Assembly (NCBI RefSeq): GCF_000143415.4
Contig: NW_003314292.1
Coordinates: forward strand, 188,825-252,824
Direction of reading: 5' to 3'
Length of the DNA: 64,000 nucleotides
From: Selaginella moellendorffii
Taxonomy: Eukaryota > Plantae > Lycopodiophyta
Made by a program: the position numbers and the translations under genes. How positions within the stretch are numbered: the stretch's first letter is position 1; each line of letters begins with the position of its first letter. The notes below the pieces were generated by a model. That model ran no database searches, was not told the origin of the DNA, and saw only the letters and a list, made by a program, of their open reading frames with translations. Shown here piece by piece: positions 61,015 through 64,000 of the stretch.

Positions 61015-62760
61015 TCAATTTAGATCTGGTGAGCTGAAACAACGTAGATCGTTAAAGGTATCCGCTAACTTTCTCTTCTTTTGGAGAGCCAGCTGCGAGG
61101 ACAATAGCGCCCGGTCATGCTCGCATCTCATCACAGCGCCATCTAACGTTCCATCAGGCCAAGCAATGTCAGCATGGTTCATGTAGTAAGGATACCTTGA
61201 ACAAAAGAAGAAAAAAACCATTCTCAAGAACCAAAGAAAAAACTCTTTGTACCTGTCAATGCCGTCTCTCCCAGCCCATCCGAAATCCACAGCGACGACT
61301 CTTGAAAGCTGTGGATCAACCATCAAGTTAGGCAGCCGCAAATCACCATGCACGCCATGAAAAGCCGAGTTTTGTGCTTTGTCCAAGCAACGCTGTGCCA
61401 GAGCTTGAATCTCACTCCACTGCGAGTGAAACATTTCCCTCGCCTTCTCAAGATCGATGTAGTTCTCCATGTACTCCATGCACACCATCAGCCAGCCACC
61501 TCCTAAGCTCTCTGGCGCGCAGCCTCGCTCAAACCAGTCCCTGTGAACTTCGCTGCTGTAGCGCTGGCAAAACTTGACGAAGATCTTCCCGACGCCCAGG
61601 TGCTGAATCCTTGCGAACGCGGACATGGAGGAGGACGGAGGCTCTGGAACTTCATGCTGCAGCCGCTCTACATGGACAACGTAAGTCTCCCCGTAAATGA
61701 TCGTATCGACGCGCGCCCCCGCAAGCGGAGCTCTTGCAACACATACGGGAGCTTGGCTCCTGCGAGATCCAGTTTCGATGCTTGGACACTGATCGAGGCG
61801 AGTGACTGCAGTGATTTACGAAAAGCCGTCACCATCCTGCACAGAGAATCCATCTCGCCGGCGTTCCTCCTGCGGAGGAGAAGTCCCATTCGCAGGGGCT
61901 CCACGACGGGACCATCGGTAAACGCTGCACCGGAAATCCGGAGTAGAGGACCGACAACCTCCAGCAGAAAGACTGGACAGCAGCCACGCCCAAGCATCTC
62001 ATCGTCCACAATGGCAGCAAGGTGATCGACATATTACCTGTGCTAAGAAGTTAGAGAGAGCCCTCTTCTCTCTCTCTCTCTCTCGGTACCTGCATGCTTC
62101 GATGAAAGGATCTCCTCCGCACCCTTGCTCGTTCCTCACTGCAACGAACGCCAAAAGCCGTCCACCGCAAGAGATTGCAATGCCGGACTTGGTCTTCTCG
62201 AGCACGAACTTGTCATCCAGGTACTTCTCCAGCAGCTTGAGCAGCATAAGGCGCCTCTGCTGCTCGTGAGCATACGCCTTGGACGACTCACGGCATAGCT
62301 CATCCACAAACGCTGAATCCTGTGGGCGGACCTCGGTTTCTTGGCACGAATCGAGGAAGTTGGCGAAGACGGGAGAGATGAGAGGCAAGGGCAGGCCCTG
62401 TGCTGTATCTGGGCGGCAGTTCAGGAAGACCGGCGGCTTCTTCATCTGATGCTCCAGCGTGAACTCAGCGGAATCCAAGGCAAGATGCGAAGGCGTGGAG
62501 TTTTTGAGCCGGCGATACGCATCCGACTCGAAGTAGCTGGACCGGTCTCCATGTAACTGAGCGAAGAACTTGCTCACATTCTTGGCTAGCAGCGCGGGCA
62601 CTCCACACACAAGAAGCTCTGCACAAGAGAACGTACGCAATTCATCCACTTCATCGATGCCCCCTTTCAGCAAAGCTTTCAGCGCTTTGTCTGCCAATTC
62701 AGCTTTTCCCTTGGGGAGAAGCGACGCCTGGAAATCCCGCAGATTGCCCTCTCCCGCCAT
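61015..62760 (-). CDS. Crinkler (CR)-like protein: SAM-like header, degenerate PD-(D/E)xK-like domain and atypical kinase; apparent 1-nt frameshift near 61718
   Basis: RP..QGLPLPLISPVFANFLD; RNEQG.GGDP; PVFLLEVVGPLLRISGA; VKF..RY...H; AP; VCMEY; HGDLRLPN; DFGWAG; RYP; HD. Confidence 0.7.
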
Positions 62761-62855
62761 CCGCGACCAGGAGCCCTAAAATCGCTTCTAGCCTGGAGTT
62801 CCACAACCCTAATTTAAAACCCAAAACCCTGATTTAGGGTTCTTGGGATGAAGCA

Positions 62856-64000
62856 ATGGCTATGGCGATCGCCCGGTGTTCCTGGGCGCCCTGGCCCCCG
62901 CATTTCCACTGTCGGCGGCTCCAGGTCGGGAATCGGGCGGCGGCGCTGCGTTTACAGGTGCGTGGAAGCCTTCGTTCGTTCGAATGAGAGCGATTGTTTT
63001 GATAGGCTCTAGGCACGAACAAGGCGGCCGTGGTGAAGCTAAAGAAGAAGAAGAAGAAGAAGAAAGTCGAGAAGGCTTCTTCGCAAGAGCCAGAGCATGA
63101 CGATAGCGAGGAAGGAGATTTCACTGACATTGTGGATATGGCGGAATGGATGAAGAACAAGCCCCCGGGATTTGGGATTGGAAAGGAGTATGACACTGCT
63201 CTCGAGGAGGAAATCTTGGAGGAGATGGACAAGGGGAGCGCTGGTGCGGGGGAGAAGAAGAAGAAGAGCTCCGAGAAGCCGGGAGATCAAACTAGTGCGA
63301 ATCCAATGGGAAGAATTTCGCTCAAGGATGGTAAAGTTGTGGAGGGGAGTGGCAACAAATCGACCAGGACGAGAAAGCCAGGCAAGTCTTAAAGTTCGTA
63401 TCTCGCAAGCTAGGAATCTTTTTTTCTTTCTTTCGTGCTCATGACTTGCGAAGAACTTTGCAGTAACTTTGATTGTATCACACAGAGCCACAAGTTGAAG
63501 GAATCAAGGTGAAAGTCACTCACTTACCAAGGAAGAAGAACATCTCAAAGGACTTGCGACTGGCTTACAAGGGAGTGCCCGGCCTTTTGCAAATCAGACC
63601 AAACGAACTCGCGAACAACAAGACACGGGAGCCTGTTTGCAAAGGATCCGCCATTCTCACTTTTGCCAAGGAAAGCAACGCGTTAAGGTGAGAAAATTCT
63701 CTTTCTTTGCTCCCTAAGCTGGTTTCTCTCTCGTTACAGATTCATGGAGAAGTTTAAAATCCGCAAGCTTTTGTTTGGAAAGCTGGAAAAGCTCCCGACT
63801 TACGAGCTGCACATTCCAAAGAACGAGAAGAAAAAGACGGCCAGTGACACTACTGTAGAGATCGGAGACGACGAAGCAGAAACAGGGATGGTATCAATCG
63901 CAGCGCCAGTTGAGGATGAGAGCTCACTTTTGTCGATGCATGATGCGTCAGAGGATCGTAGCAGTAACGACGAGGTACAGGAATCTGTAGCGGATGCAAT
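62856..64000 (+). CDS. Probable plastid-targeted RRM RNA-binding protein (multi-exon, runs off the window)
   Basis: Transit-peptide-like exon 62856-62957 splices in frame to 63006; VKVTHLPRKKNISKDL..PVCKGSAILTF resembles RNP2/RNP1. Confidence 0.7.

Overview
Eukaryotic plant nuclear DNA. The ~50-bp introns, intronless PLS-class PPR genes and TTTAGGG motifs suggest a non-seed plant such as the lycophyte Selaginella, but this is an inference. Positions 1-23.9 kb are a nested transposon pile: a decayed Ty3/gypsy chromovirus hosting two TRIMs and two LTR elements (one carrying a truncated LTR), followed by a decayed Mutator-like region holding a third TRIM and a solo LTR. The main discovery is a 12.4-kb cut-and-paste DNA transposon at 23948-36343, with perfect 24-bp TIRs and a 4-bp AATG target-site duplication. 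It encodes a Sola-like DDD transposase and, divergently, a multi-exon protein of roughly 1,600 aa. That protein joins a ParB/Srx-like domain, a degenerate amino-methyltransferase-like fold and an FCP1-type HAD phosphatase. About 20 copies of a 24-bp palindrome (AATGGCRTG-W-GGCC-W-CAYGCCATT) are spread through the element, often one per intron, which suggests a ParB/parS-like or VANC-like self-recognition system. The right part holds host genes: a PPR pseudogene, a GT90 glycosyltransferase, two PPRs, enolase-phosphatase E1 and a plastid RRM protein. It also holds an intact variant polyubiquitin gene inside a decayed gypsy element, and a Crinkler-like SAM-REase-kinase gene. All domain calls are by-eye motif recognition; no searches were run.
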